Origin: Coriobacteriales bacterium
GTDB lineage: Bacteria > Actinomycetota > Coriobacteriia > Coriobacteriales > QAMH01
Assembly: GCA_050943615.1 (NCBI GenBank)
Contig: JBMNPN010000001.1
Span: 33,825 to 97,824, forward strand
DNA length: 64,000 nt
Reading direction: 5' to 3'
Shown here one piece after another: positions 21,380 through 30,346 of this stretch; position 1 is the first letter of the stretch, and every line of letters begins with the position of its first letter. Below the pieces are notes generated by a model, which was not told the origin of the DNA, made no database searches, and worked only from the letters and a program-made list of their open reading frames with translations. A program made the translations under genes and the position numbers.

Positions 21380-21543
21380 AAGCCGTGTTATTTCCGCACA
21401 GGTTTTTTATCGCCGCTTACCGTCTGCATCGCCGCTGCTGCGGGTTCTTTCGTCTGGCGCGCGCTAAGCTTGAGACATCGAATAGCTACTCGCTTGCCTT
21501 CTCGAAACGTAGTATCCGCTCATCGTTTGAAAGCTCTGTTCAC

Positions 21544-22698
21544 GTGAAAGTTCTCTTCGTGCTCTCTTTGGGGAAGCTCGACGGGGGCGCTGCTCTCGTC
21601 TGGATGAACTTGCTCGACGGCCTGCGCACGCGCGGGGTCGAGCCTTATGTCGTCATCCCCAAAGACGCCGATGGGTCGCTCACATCCGAGCTCGATCGTC
21701 GGAATATCCCCTGGCGCGCGATTTTCTACACCTGGTGGGTCACGAGCAGCTCGAATGAGACCACGCCCCTACGGCGCGTGCGGCGCATGGGCGGCAAGCT
21801 CATCAACCGCAGCACCGACCGTCAAATCGGCGCCTACATGGAAGAATGCGGCATCGAGCTCGTCTACATCTGCGATGGCACGATCACGGCAGGGCTCCAC
21901 GAGGCAAAGCGTCGTGGGATTCCCGTCGTCTGGCATATCCACGAGTTCATCCGCGACACTCCCGGCGGCGTCAAGTTCAGCGACCCGGAAGCGCACGTGG
22001 GATCGACGCTTGCCTTGGCCGATGCCATCATCACGGTCACGCGCTCCATCAAAACCGACCTGCGCACGCGCTTTCCGATGCTCCAGAACATCCATGTCGT
22101 CTACAACGGCATCCCGAAGTCCCGCATCTTCGACAAGCCCGTACGGCCCGAGGGCAAGACGGTCGTCTTCACGCTGGTGGGCAGAATCGATGAGAACAAG
22201 GGCCAGGAAGACGCGATCCGCGCGTTCATCCGCATCGCCCCGAAGTACCCAAATGCCGTGCTGCGCATCGTCGGGACGGGGGACCCAAAGCTCACCGAGC
22301 GTCTCAAGGTACTGGCGGATCGTGGCGCTGCACACGGGTGCATTGAGTTTCTGGGCTATCGCAAGGACATCCCGATTATTTGGCGCGACACCGACATCGC
22401 GCTCAACTGCTCGTATTCGGAAGGCTGCAGCATGGTGCTCTGCGAGGCCATGTCGAGCGGGTGCCTGATGCTGTGCTCGACGGCGGAGAGCAACGTCGAG
22501 CTCATCGATGGCAAGTACGGCGTGCTCTACGAGCGCACCAAGGTCGCCGATCTCGCCGAAAAGATGGCATGGGTCATCGACCATCCCGATGAATGCCAGA
22601 AGCTCGCGCTGGCAGGCAAGCGCCGCGCTCAGCGCATCTTCGACCTCGACCGGCAGATCGACCTGGTCTATCAGATTTTCACCGAGGTACTCAAATGA
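21544..22698 (+). CDS. glycosyltransferase family 4 (GT-B)
   Basis: GTG start giving (M)KVLFVLSLGKLDGGA; C-terminal E-x7-E region SEGCSMVLCEAMSSG. The track extension back to 20785 overlaps the previous gene. Confidence 0.85.
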   Translation: MKVLFVLSLGKLDGGAALVWMNLLDGLRTRGVEPYVVIPKDADGSLTSELDRRNIPWRAIFYTWWVTSSSNETTPLRRVRRMGGKLINRSTDRQIGAYMEECGIELVYICDGTITAGLHEAKRRGIPVVWHIHEFIRDTPGGVKFSDPEAHVGSTLALADAIITVTRSIKTDLRTRFPMLQNIHVVYNGIPKSRIFDKPVRPEGKTVVFTLVGRIDENKGQEDAIRAFIRIAPKYPNAVLRIVGTGDPKLTERLKVLADRGAAHGCIEFLGYRKDIPIIWRDTDIALNCSYSEGCSMVLCEAMSSGCLMLCSTAESNVELIDGKYGVLYERTKVADLAEKMAWVIDHPDECQKLALAGKRRAQRIFDLDRQIDLVYQIFTEVLK

Positions 22699-23687
22699 CA
22701 GCGGGGCCGTTCACTGTCAAAGAACAGGACCCGGAACTTGTGAGCATCGTCATCCCGGTCCACAATGCGGATGCTTATATAGGGAATTGTCTAGAATGTG
22801 TGCTTTCTCAGACGCATGACAGGCTCCAGGTCCTGCTCATCGATGACGGTTCGACTGACAAGAGCGTCCAGATCGTGGACGACGCCGCGGCGCGCGATGG
22901 GCGCGTTGCTGCAATTCACCAGCAAAACGCCGGCCCCGCCGCCGCGCGTAACGCGGGACTCGACCAGGTCAAAGGCGCCTGGGTCATGTTCGTCGATGCC
23001 GATGACGAGATCGAGGCAGACTACGTGGAGCAGATGCTCACCGTTGCCCGGGAGGACAGGGCGGACATCGTGGTGAGCGACTGCATGATCGAGGAGGATG
23101 GCGTGCGCAGCCGTTTTGGCATGATCGTTCCCAACTGCTGCTACGAGGGCGCTGCGGAAGTCTATGCCGACTTCATGCGTGACCACATCCCCTGGAGTCT
23201 CTGGGGCAAGCTCTATAGAGGTGAACTCTTCTCGGACCTGAGATTCTCCGAGGAAAACTACATCGCGGAAGATCTCGAGGCAAACGCGCGGCTCTTTGCG
23301 AAAAAGGGCATCGTGGTCTCGACGACCGATGGGGCGGGGTACTGCTATCACGTCGTCGCAGGTTCGATCGACCACAGCTTCGATGAGCGGTATCTGCGCC
23401 AGTTCTCTGTTTTCGATGACGTGACGTCGCGCGCCGTCGAAGCCGGCCTGGTCGCGCCCGACTTGGCCGCGGTTTTCTATGAGCGGCGTGTGCTCAACTG
23501 CTTTGGCAAGGCGGTAAAGGCGGACGCGCTCGACAAACGGGTCTCCCGTGCGTTTGCCGATGCCATCGCCTCCTATCGGGCAGACGCCATCGCGTGCCCG
23601 GAGGCCCCCGATTGGCTCGTGCGCCAGCTGCGCGTCTCGCGCTTCGGGATGAGCGCTCTTGCTGCTCTCTATAGAGCGCGCGGATAG
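22695..23687 (+). CDS. glycosyltransferase family 2
   Basis: VSIVIPVHNA, IDDGSTD, FVDADDEI; ATGA overlap with the previous stop. Confidence 0.85.
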   Translation: MTAGPFTVKEQDPELVSIVIPVHNADAYIGNCLECVLSQTHDRLQVLLIDDGSTDKSVQIVDDAAARDGRVAAIHQQNAGPAAARNAGLDQVKGAWVMFVDADDEIEADYVEQMLTVAREDRADIVVSDCMIEEDGVRSRFGMIVPNCCYEGAAEVYADFMRDHIPWSLWGKLYRGELFSDLRFSEENYIAEDLEANARLFAKKGIVVSTTDGAGYCYHVVAGSIDHSFDERYLRQFSVFDDVTSRAVEAGLVAPDLAAVFYERRVLNCFGKAVKADALDKRVSRAFADAIASYRADAIACPEAPDWLVRQLRVSRFGMSALAALYRARG

Positions 23688-23763
23688 GTGGCCCGCGCGT
23701 ATCTCCATTTTTCGCATTCTGAGCAGGCGATTGCCCGGATACGCGCAGGCCATGGGCGCGGGG

Positions 23764-23769
23764 TATAAT
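23764..23769 (+). promoter_or_regulatory. TATAAT -10 box positioned for a leaderless licD transcript
   Basis: GGGTATAATTGCGCGCATG: 7 nt separate the -10 box from the ATG at 23777, and there is no SD. Confidence 0.4.
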
Positions 23770-23776
23770 TGCGCGC

Positions 23777-24610
23777 ATGGTCAAGACGGTCACATCTCTA
23801 GAACAGCTGCACCAGCTCGAGCTGGAGGCGCTCTGCGCGGTTGAACGTGCGGCACGTGCCTGCGGCGTCCGCTGGTTTCTGCACGGCGGCACGCTGCTCG
23901 GCGCCATCCGCGAAGGCGGACCGCTCGCCTGGGACGACGACGTCGATATCGCCATGTTGCGCGATGACTTCGACCGCTTCTGCGCCCGTGCTCCGCGTCT
24001 GCTCGATTCGCGCTTCAAGTTGCAGTTCCCGGCGGACTTTCCCGAGTTCTTCGATTTTCTCCCGCGCGTCGTCGATACGGCCTGGCGCTTCGAGGCGGCA
24101 CGCGATGACGCTGCCGGGTTCGGAGGGCGCATCGAGCATCCGGCCATCGACATCTTCGTCTTCGAGCCGGCCTGCGTCTCGCCCGAGCGCGACCGCCTGC
24201 AATCGGCGCTTCTCCAGGCAAACTACGCCGCCGCGCTCGGGTTTCGTCCCGGGTTCTCCCACGAGGGATTCTCGGGCATCGAGCTTGCCGCATCCTACGT
24301 GCTGCCCGTCTGCGGGAAGGCCATCGGGCTTTCGGAGCTCATCGCCCAACGCGAGCGTCTGGCGAGCTGGGGGGACAGCCCGCGCATCCTGCGCATCGTA
24401 AACGAGCTTCCGACCTATGCGGACCTGCGCTGGAACAAGCGCTGGTATCTTCCCAGAGAAGACGGCAGCGAGCGGTATGCATCGTTTTCGGGGGTGCCGC
24501 TTCCCGTGCCCGTCAATGCCGAAGCGGATCTGGAAAACGTCTACGGCCCCGACTGGATGACGCCGCCGCCCCCTGAAAAGCGCGTCCCCCAGCACGCGAG
24601 CCTGTCGTAG
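23777..24610 (+). CDS. licD: LicD family phosphotransferase
   Basis: WFLHGGTLLGAIREGGPLAWDDDVDIAM, the canonical LicD/FKTN nucleotidyltransferase-fold motif. Confidence 0.85.
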   Translation: MVKTVTSLEQLHQLELEALCAVERAARACGVRWFLHGGTLLGAIREGGPLAWDDDVDIAMLRDDFDRFCARAPRLLDSRFKLQFPADFPEFFDFLPRVVDTAWRFEAARDDAAGFGGRIEHPAIDIFVFEPACVSPERDRLQSALLQANYAAALGFRPGFSHEGFSGIELAASYVLPVCGKAIGLSELIAQRERLASWGDSPRILRIVNELPTYADLRWNKRWYLPREDGSERYASFSGVPLPVPVNAEADLENVYGPDWMTPPPPEKRVPQHASLS

Positions 24611-24624
24611 AGGCGGCGTGCGCG

Positions 24625-25929
24625 ATGGCATTCGAGGTCCATTCGGTCAAGTACAACTACTTCATGAACCTGCTGCTCACGGGCTGCTCGATCCTGTTTC
24701 CGCTCATCACGTTTCCGCTGGTGAGCCGTGCTCTTTTGGCGGATGCCTATGGTCTCGTGAACTTCGCGAGCTCCACGGCGAGCTGGCTTTCTCTCATCGC
24801 GATGCTCGGCGTCAACCGCTACGGCACCCGCGAGATTGCCCGCGTGCGCGACAACCCCGCCGAGCTCGCCCGCACAACCCGCGAGATATTCGCGGTGACG
24901 CTCGCCTCGACGCTCATCGTCTTTGCCTGCTTCATCGTGAGCATCTTTCTCGTGGAGCGCTTCTCGCAAGACCGGACGCTCTTTTTTATGAACAGCATCA
25001 CCGTCATCTGCAACACGCTCGGCGTCTCGTGGTTCTTCCAGGGCATCGAGCAGTATCGCTACATCACGGTGCGCGGCGTGATCGTTCAGGCGGTCTGCCT
25101 GTTAGGCGTCATCTTCCTCGTGCACAGCCCGGGCGACTACCTCGTCTACGCCGCACTGCTCATCGCCTCGAGCGCCGTTGCCAACCTCGTGAACTTCTTT
25201 TACATGCTGCGCCTGATGCGAGAGGCGGATGCCGAGGCGTACTACACGCGCGCTCGGCTCGAGCCCAAGCGCCACATAAGGCCGCTTCTCGTCTTCTTCC
25301 TGATCGTGGCGGCCATCTCCATCTACACGATGCTCGACACCGTCATGCTCGGCTTTCTGTCGACCAACGAGCAGGTCGGCTTCTACTCGTCTGCCATCGC
25401 GGTGAAAAACGCCCTGGTGGCGCTCGTTTCGGCGCTTTCGAACGTGCTGCTGCCGCGCACGGCGAACCTCTATGCGCACGGCGAGCACCTCAAGTTCAAG
25501 AAGCTCGTCAGAAAGGCCGTGCGCGTCGTGCTGCTGCTGAGCGTCCCGCTGTCCGTGGTGGTGGCAGTGCTCGCCACGCCGCTCATGACCTGGTACGCGG
25601 GTGCCGCCTTTGCCGGTGCCGGGCCCGCGCTTTCGGTGGTTGCGCTCGCGGTGATCCCCATCGGCCTTTCGGTGATCTTCTGCGACGAGGTGCTGATTCA
25701 GATCGGGCGCGAGGCGACGTGCACGTGGATCTACCTTGCGGCCGCCATCATCGACTTCGTGGGAAACCTCGTCCTCATCCCCATCCTCGGCGCGCTCGGC
25801 GCTGCGATCTCCACCCTGTTCGTCGAGGTGCTCATCACCTTGATCGAGTTCATCTTGGTGCGCCCCTACCTGTGGGGCGGCGCGGACGGCTATGGCCGTG
25901 ACCTGCCGCCGTATCGGCCGCGCGAGTAA
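24625..25929 (+). CDS. wzx: oligosaccharide flippase (Wzx/MOP superfamily)
   Basis: About 12 TMs, N-terminus YNYFMNLLLTGCSILFPLITFPLVSRAL typical of polysaccharide biosynthesis (PST) transporters. Confidence 0.8.
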   Translation: MAFEVHSVKYNYFMNLLLTGCSILFPLITFPLVSRALLADAYGLVNFASSTASWLSLIAMLGVNRYGTREIARVRDNPAELARTTREIFAVTLASTLIVFACFIVSIFLVERFSQDRTLFFMNSITVICNTLGVSWFFQGIEQYRYITVRGVIVQAVCLLGVIFLVHSPGDYLVYAALLIASSAVANLVNFFYMLRLMREADAEAYYTRARLEPKRHIRPLLVFFLIVAAISIYTMLDTVMLGFLSTNEQVGFYSSAIAVKNALVALVSALSNVLLPRTANLYAHGEHLKFKKLVRKAVRVVLLLSVPLSVVVAVLATPLMTWYAGAAFAGAGPALSVVALAVIPIGLSVIFCDEVLIQIGREATCTWIYLAAAIIDFVGNLVLIPILGALGAAISTLFVEVLITLIEFILVRPYLWGGADGYGRDLPPYRPRE

Positions 25930-25965
25930 TCTCTTAGGTCCTCGGTATCGGACACGGGCGTCCCT

Positions 25966-26003
25966 GCAGAAAAAGCGGGCCGAGTCTGTGGCAACTCGAC
26001 CCG
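25966..26003 (-). terminator. intrinsic terminator after the propeller operon
   Basis: On the minus strand, GCGGGTCGAGT-loop-ACTCGGCCCGC (one mismatch) followed by TTTTTCT. Confidence 0.6.
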
Positions 26004-26034
26004 CCTCGCAAGCTCCCAGCTTGCTGCCTAGTGC

Positions 26035-27372
26035 CTATTCATGCTGGTAGAAGGTGACGTTTGCCGCCGTCGTCTGATCGGTCTTCTCCCCGTTGTCGGT
26101 GAGCGTCCCATCGTCGTTGATGGTCAGCGTTACCATCACATCGCTGTACAACGAGCCTACGACAAGGTATTTCCCGTCGGGGCTAATCGCGCAGCCGCGC
26201 GGCCAGTTGCAGTCGAGCTTGAGCGACTGGATGTTCTTGGGAATGCCCGTGTCCTGGTCGATCTTGAAGGCCGCCACACCCTGAAAACCGCCGTCATGGA
26301 CGCGCTCGCCGTCGACGAGGTTGTCTGAAGAGCCGCGAAAGACCGAGTAGAGGTAGGTGCCATCATCGCTCATCTTCATGTCCTGCTGCTCGAACTTGCC
26401 CCCGTCGCTTTCAGAGGGAACGTCTTTCATCCAGCTCTGAGGCACGACCTTATCGGAGCCGATTTTCTTGAGCTTGCCGTCGTCGTCATAGCTGAAGACG
26501 ATGACTTCGTTTGCGCTCTCGAAGTTGAGGTAGACCCACTTCTTGGAAGGGTGGAAGCGCACGTAGCGGGGGCTGTAGCCGGCGCCGAGGCTGAAGCTGT
26601 CGGTGGTCTGCTGCAGCTCGGGTCCGGCGGGGTTGATGTTGAGGGAGTAGATGTCACCCGTTCCTTTGTCGGCGACGATGAAGAAGCTGCCGTTGGGCTC
26701 CCAGGTCACCGTGTGCAGCTGGGAGAGGTGGTTCTTCCCGCGGTAGGGCTTGCAGTCGAGCGGCGGGTCCACGAGGGTGCCGTCGTCGTTTCGCTTGAAG
26801 AGGACCACAGATGCCGTCGGGCATTGCGGAACAATCGTCCACTTGCCGTCTTTCTTCTCGGTCGTGCAGACGCAGGGCTTTGCCGTGTGGATGGAGCAGA
26901 CCAGGTATTGCCCGGTGGGGTCGAGACTCACCATCGAAGGGTTGGAGCCATAGGAGGGCACCTGCTGCTTTTCGGTCAGGGAGCCATCTGATTCGTTGAC
27001 CTCGTAGACAAAGATGCGCCCGCCCTTTCCGGCGCTCATGCCCTTCTCTTTATCGTAGGGCTGATCGCTCTCGTCGGTGACGTAGAGGAGCTTCTTGTCA
27101 TAGTCGATGGCGATGAAGCCGACGTTGACCTCGTCGGTGATCTGCTTGGAATCGCTCATCTTGCCGGTAGAGGTATCGAAGGTGTGGACCCAGAGGCCGG
27201 CGTCTCCGCCCTTTTCGTTCCAGCATCCGGTGTAGAGAAAGGTCTTCGTCCCGCTCGACGACGAAGTGGAGCAGCCCACCAGGCCAAAGCCGGCACTCGC
27301 CACCGCGGCCCCGATGCCGAGGGCGGCGCATCCCTTGATGAAGCTTCTGCGGTCGAAATACAGTTCGCTCAT
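26035..27372 (-). CDS. lactonase-like 7-bladed beta-propeller, Tat-exported lipoprotein
   Basis: MSELYFDRRSFIKGCAALGIGAAVASAGFGLVGCS gives a twin-arginine motif plus an LVGC lipobox. Body resembles YbhE/Pgl-type lactonase propellers (PRYVRFHPSKKWVYLNFESANEVIVF). Confidence 0.75.
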   Translation of the reverse strand: MSELYFDRRSFIKGCAALGIGAAVASAGFGLVGCSTSSSSGTKTFLYTGCWNEKGGDAGLWVHTFDTSTGKMSDSKQITDEVNVGFIAIDYDKKLLYVTDESDQPYDKEKGMSAGKGGRIFVYEVNESDGSLTEKQQVPSYGSNPSMVSLDPTGQYLVCSIHTAKPCVCTTEKKDGKWTIVPQCPTASVVLFKRNDDGTLVDPPLDCKPYRGKNHLSQLHTVTWEPNGSFFIVADKGTGDIYSLNINPAGPELQQTTDSFSLGAGYSPRYVRFHPSKKWVYLNFESANEVIVFSYDDDGKLKKIGSDKVVPQSWMKDVPSESDGGKFEQQDMKMSDDGTYLYSVFRGSSDNLVDGERVHDGGFQGVAAFKIDQDTGIPKNIQSLKLDCNWPRGCAISPDGKYLVVGSLYSDVMVTLTINDDGTLTDNGEKTDQTTAANVTFYQHE

Positions 27373-27393
27373 TGTGATATCGCCTCTCAATGT

Positions 27394-28590
27394 CTAAAGC
27401 TCGAAGAACGTGATGCCGGAGCAGGTGCTCTGGTCGGCGCGCGTCCCCGTGTCGGTCAGCTTGCCGTCGCTTCCGATGGAGCAGGTCGCGACCTTGTCGC
27501 TGTACAGCGACCCGACGAGCAGGTACTTGCCATCGGGGCTGATCGCGCAGCCGCGCGGCCAGTAGATGTCGTCGAACTCGAGGCGCTGGACGGTCGTCAC
27601 CTTGCCGCTTGTCTGATCGATCTGGTAGACGGCAACACCCTGGAAGCCGCCGTCGTGGTAGCGCTTGGTCCCGACGAAGTGATCGTTCGAGCCGCGGTAG
27701 CAGCTGTAGATGAAAGTGCCCTTGTCGTTGATGCGCATGTCCTGGCTTTCAAAGCGGCTCTGCTCGTCCACGGAGTCACGTTGGTCCTGCGGAACGACCA
27801 GGTCGCTTCCTACCAGGGTCAACTTGCCTTTGCTGTCATAGGAGAAGGCGTCGAGCCGGTTTGCCGCCTCGTAGTTGACGAAGAGGAAGTTCTTCTTGGG
27901 ATGGAAGCGCACGTAGCGCGGCTTGCTGTCGGAGCCGGCATCGTATTCGCTCGCCTTGACGAGGCGCTTTTTGCTCTCGTCGACCTTGAGCGTGTAGATC
28001 AGCCCGGTGCCCTTGTCGTTGACGATGATGAAGCGCCCCTTGGGGTCCCAGACGCAGGAGTGCATGTGGGCCGGAACGTCCGCCGTCTTGTTTTTGAAGA
28101 TGTCGACCACCTCGCCGATCGTGCCATCGGAGTTCATCTCGAACAAGACGACCTCGCCATCGGCATAGCGCGGCACGATGGTCCAGGCGCCGTTCTCCTT
28201 CTTGACCTGGCAGCACATGGGGTTTGCGCCGTGGATGGAGCAGCAGCCCCACTTGCCGTCGGGGCTCTTCGTGAACATGGAGGGGTTCGACCCGAAGGAC
28301 TTCTTCTTCTGCAGCAGCTTCAGGCCGCCTTCGGAATCGACGTGGTAGACCCAGATGTTGCCTCCGCCGCCAGAGCCGATCCCTGCCTCCTCGTCGAAGG
28401 GCTGGTCGATTTCGTCGACAAAGTAGAGCAGTCGGTTGTCTTCGTCTACAAAGCAGTTGCTCGAACGAAGGACATCGCTTATCTGCTTTCCCTTTCCAAG
28501 CTCGCCGGTCTTTGCATCGTAGCTGTGAGACCACAGGCCGTCCTCGCCGCCATGCTCGCCCCAGCTACTGCAATACACTTTGATTGCCAT
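27394..28590 (-). CDS. lactonase-like 7-bladed beta-propeller, cytoplasmic paralog
   Basis: Starts MAIKVYCSSWGE after GGAAGGGAAAGAG, with no signal peptide. Shares GSNPSM, CSIH, WTIVP, PRYVRFHP and WPRGCAISPDGKYL blocks with 26035-27372. Confidence 0.75.
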   Translation of the reverse strand: MAIKVYCSSWGEHGGEDGLWSHSYDAKTGELGKGKQISDVLRSSNCFVDEDNRLLYFVDEIDQPFDEEAGIGSGGGGNIWVYHVDSEGGLKLLQKKKSFGSNPSMFTKSPDGKWGCCSIHGANPMCCQVKKENGAWTIVPRYADGEVVLFEMNSDGTIGEVVDIFKNKTADVPAHMHSCVWDPKGRFIIVNDKGTGLIYTLKVDESKKRLVKASEYDAGSDSKPRYVRFHPKKNFLFVNYEAANRLDAFSYDSKGKLTLVGSDLVVPQDQRDSVDEQSRFESQDMRINDKGTFIYSCYRGSNDHFVGTKRYHDGGFQGVAVYQIDQTSGKVTTVQRLEFDDIYWPRGCAISPDGKYLLVGSLYSDKVATCSIGSDGKLTDTGTRADQSTCSGITFFEL

Positions 28591-28806
28591 AGTCGCACTC
28601 TTTCCCTTCCTGCCGTGTTGCCTCTTTTTTACAGGCACTCTCAGGGTAGGAAGGCGCCGATAGGGGCGGCATATGATATTTTTCATAAGGCGCTTTGCAA
28701 GGGGTATGATTTTACTCATGAACATGTAGATTCGTTCAGCTGCCACCCCCTTTGGCCTAGCAAGGGGGCGCAGAGACAACGACATGGCATTTGTCCGAGG
28801 ATGCAC

Positions 28807-30294
28807 ATGAGAAGACACCGGGAAATCTCGTCAGCAGCGGGGGATGCGTATGCACGCGCATCGCATCCTTCCGCATCTGCCCTGTGCTATCTGGGCATGG
28901 GACTCTACCTTGCGTGGACGGTTGGCAACAACATCGTGCGCAAGGCCATCGGCATCCGCCAGATTCCCTCGGCGGACTTTGCCCAGATGGTCTGCAATAT
29001 GGGCGCGAGCATTGTCGTGCTGATCGTCGTCCTGCTCTGCAGCAGGAGAATCAAAACGCTTCTCTCGCGCTCCCGCTTGCAGGCGCTCGCGGTGCTTTCC
29101 CTGACGGGTGGCACGGCGCTCATGCTCGCGGTCCTTCCCCTGAATGCAATCGGTGCGGGCCAGTTCGCCGCACTTTCAGTGGTCTGTGTGGGCTCGCTCT
29201 TCCGCGGCCTGGGGTCCGCGTTCTTCTTCCTGATGTGGAACGAGGTCTACGCGCGCATGCCGCTCAAGCGCGTGAGCCTCTGGTACAGCGGGTCCTATCT
29301 GCTCTCCGTGATACTGCACGCGCTGCTCACGTACTTGCCGTCGATCGTCGCGGCCTGGATTGTCGTCGCGCTTCCCCTGGGTTCATACGGGCTGTTTCGC
29401 CAGGCGCTCAAGGAGCCTGAGGTCGAGGCGCATGACGAGAACCCCGAAGCGCGCGAGTGGACCTTTCCCGTGCGGCCGCTGGTCCTTATAGGGCTCGTCA
29501 CGTTCGTGGTCTTTTTCTGCCACCATGCTGTCGGGGACAGCTCCTCTGCTGCCGACTGGGTCGGTGGAGGTCTCGTCGCCGCCGTGAGTCTGGTGCTCTG
29601 CCTTGCCTGGAAGAATTTCTCTGCCGATCAGCTCGAGCACGTTTGCGTGCCGCTCATGGTGGCGGGGCTTCTTGTCTGGAGCGTCGGTGGGGAAGGGCTG
29701 AGCTGGGCGGTAGTGGCCCTCACGGATGCCGGCAACATCGCGTTTCGCATCTTCGTGCTCGTCATGGCCTGCAGTATCTGCTACCGCTTCAAGGTGCCGG
29801 CGCTGTGGATGTTTTCCATCGTGCGCCTGGTCATGCTCTTCTCCGAGATGCTTGCCTTGGGATTCGGGCTCTGGCGCGACATGAGCTACGGGCCGCTTGA
29901 CGTCTCCGAGGTACAGGTCATCTGCGCCGTGCTCATCTTCGTCCTCGTCGTGGTCGCCTCCGTTTCCTCGCACAACCCCTTTATAGCCGGTCACTCGTGG
30001 GCGGTGCTTCCCAAGAAGGCCAAGGGCGAGACGCGCGACGAACAGCTCTTGAGCGTCATGAGCAAAAACGAACTCATGGTCTGGAAGTGCGCCAAGGTCG
30101 CCCGCGCCCATGGACTCACGCATCGCGAGGAAGAGGTCCTGTCCTGCCTTGCAAACGACATGACCAACGCGCAGATTCAAGAGGCGCTCTTCATCAGCGT
30201 CGGAACGTGCAACACGCACATGCGCCATATCTACGAGAAGCTCGATGTCCATTCGCGCAAGGAAGCAATCGACCTGGTGAATTCCGCAGTCTGA
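28807..30294 (+). CDS. polytopic-membrane LuxR-family transcriptional regulator
   Basis: About 10 TMs followed by a C-terminal HTH (LTHREEEVLSCLANDMTNAQIQEALFISVGTCNTHMRHIYEKLDV). ATG 28807 is 6 nt after GAGG (28801 is an alternative). Confidence 0.85.
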   Translation: MRRHREISSAAGDAYARASHPSASALCYLGMGLYLAWTVGNNIVRKAIGIRQIPSADFAQMVCNMGASIVVLIVVLLCSRRIKTLLSRSRLQALAVLSLTGGTALMLAVLPLNAIGAGQFAALSVVCVGSLFRGLGSAFFFLMWNEVYARMPLKRVSLWYSGSYLLSVILHALLTYLPSIVAAWIVVALPLGSYGLFRQALKEPEVEAHDENPEAREWTFPVRPLVLIGLVTFVVFFCHHAVGDSSSAADWVGGGLVAAVSLVLCLAWKNFSADQLEHVCVPLMVAGLLVWSVGGEGLSWAVVALTDAGNIAFRIFVLVMACSICYRFKVPALWMFSIVRLVMLFSEMLALGFGLWRDMSYGPLDVSEVQVICAVLIFVLVVVASVSSHNPFIAGHSWAVLPKKAKGETRDEQLLSVMSKNELMVWKCAKVARAHGLTHREEEVLSCLANDMTNAQIQEALFISVGTCNTHMRHIYEKLDVHSRKEAIDLVNSAV

Positions 30295-30346
30295 GTGGGG
30301 TGCGTGCTCCCGGGCGCAAAGGGCCCGCCTTTTGAAGCGAGCCAGC

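Noticed and set aside
20785-21543. Upstream extension of the GT4 ORF (637-aa version); analogous extensions at 40395-41156, 57453-57674, 57887-58246, 5010-5126, 6271-6489, 33737-33958 and 22593-22694
   Set aside because: The extensions overlap the preceding, better-supported genes (or the tRNA) in another frame and are Arg/Pro/Ala-rich. Internal starts with SD sequences or ATGA coupling give proteins with canonical N-termini.
24618-25901. 427-aa alternate-frame ORF overlapping wzx; similarly 50288-51589 overlapping the RumA-type gene, and 47042-47823 overlapping the LRR gene
   Set aside because: These are Arg/Pro/His-rich translations without hydrophobic cores or motifs. The co-located frames encode recognisable proteins.
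27184-28806. 5' portion of the 1036-aa plus-strand ORF
   Set aside because: It runs antisense to both propeller genes and has no motifs. Only the 3' third (from 28807) has real features, namely TMs and the LuxR HTH. The ORF is continuous simply because no stop codon intervenes.
30295-30346. Possible bidirectional terminator between the convergent luxR and lysR genes
   Set aside because: Only a 4-bp GGGC/GCCC stem with a short T-run is present, which is too weak to call.
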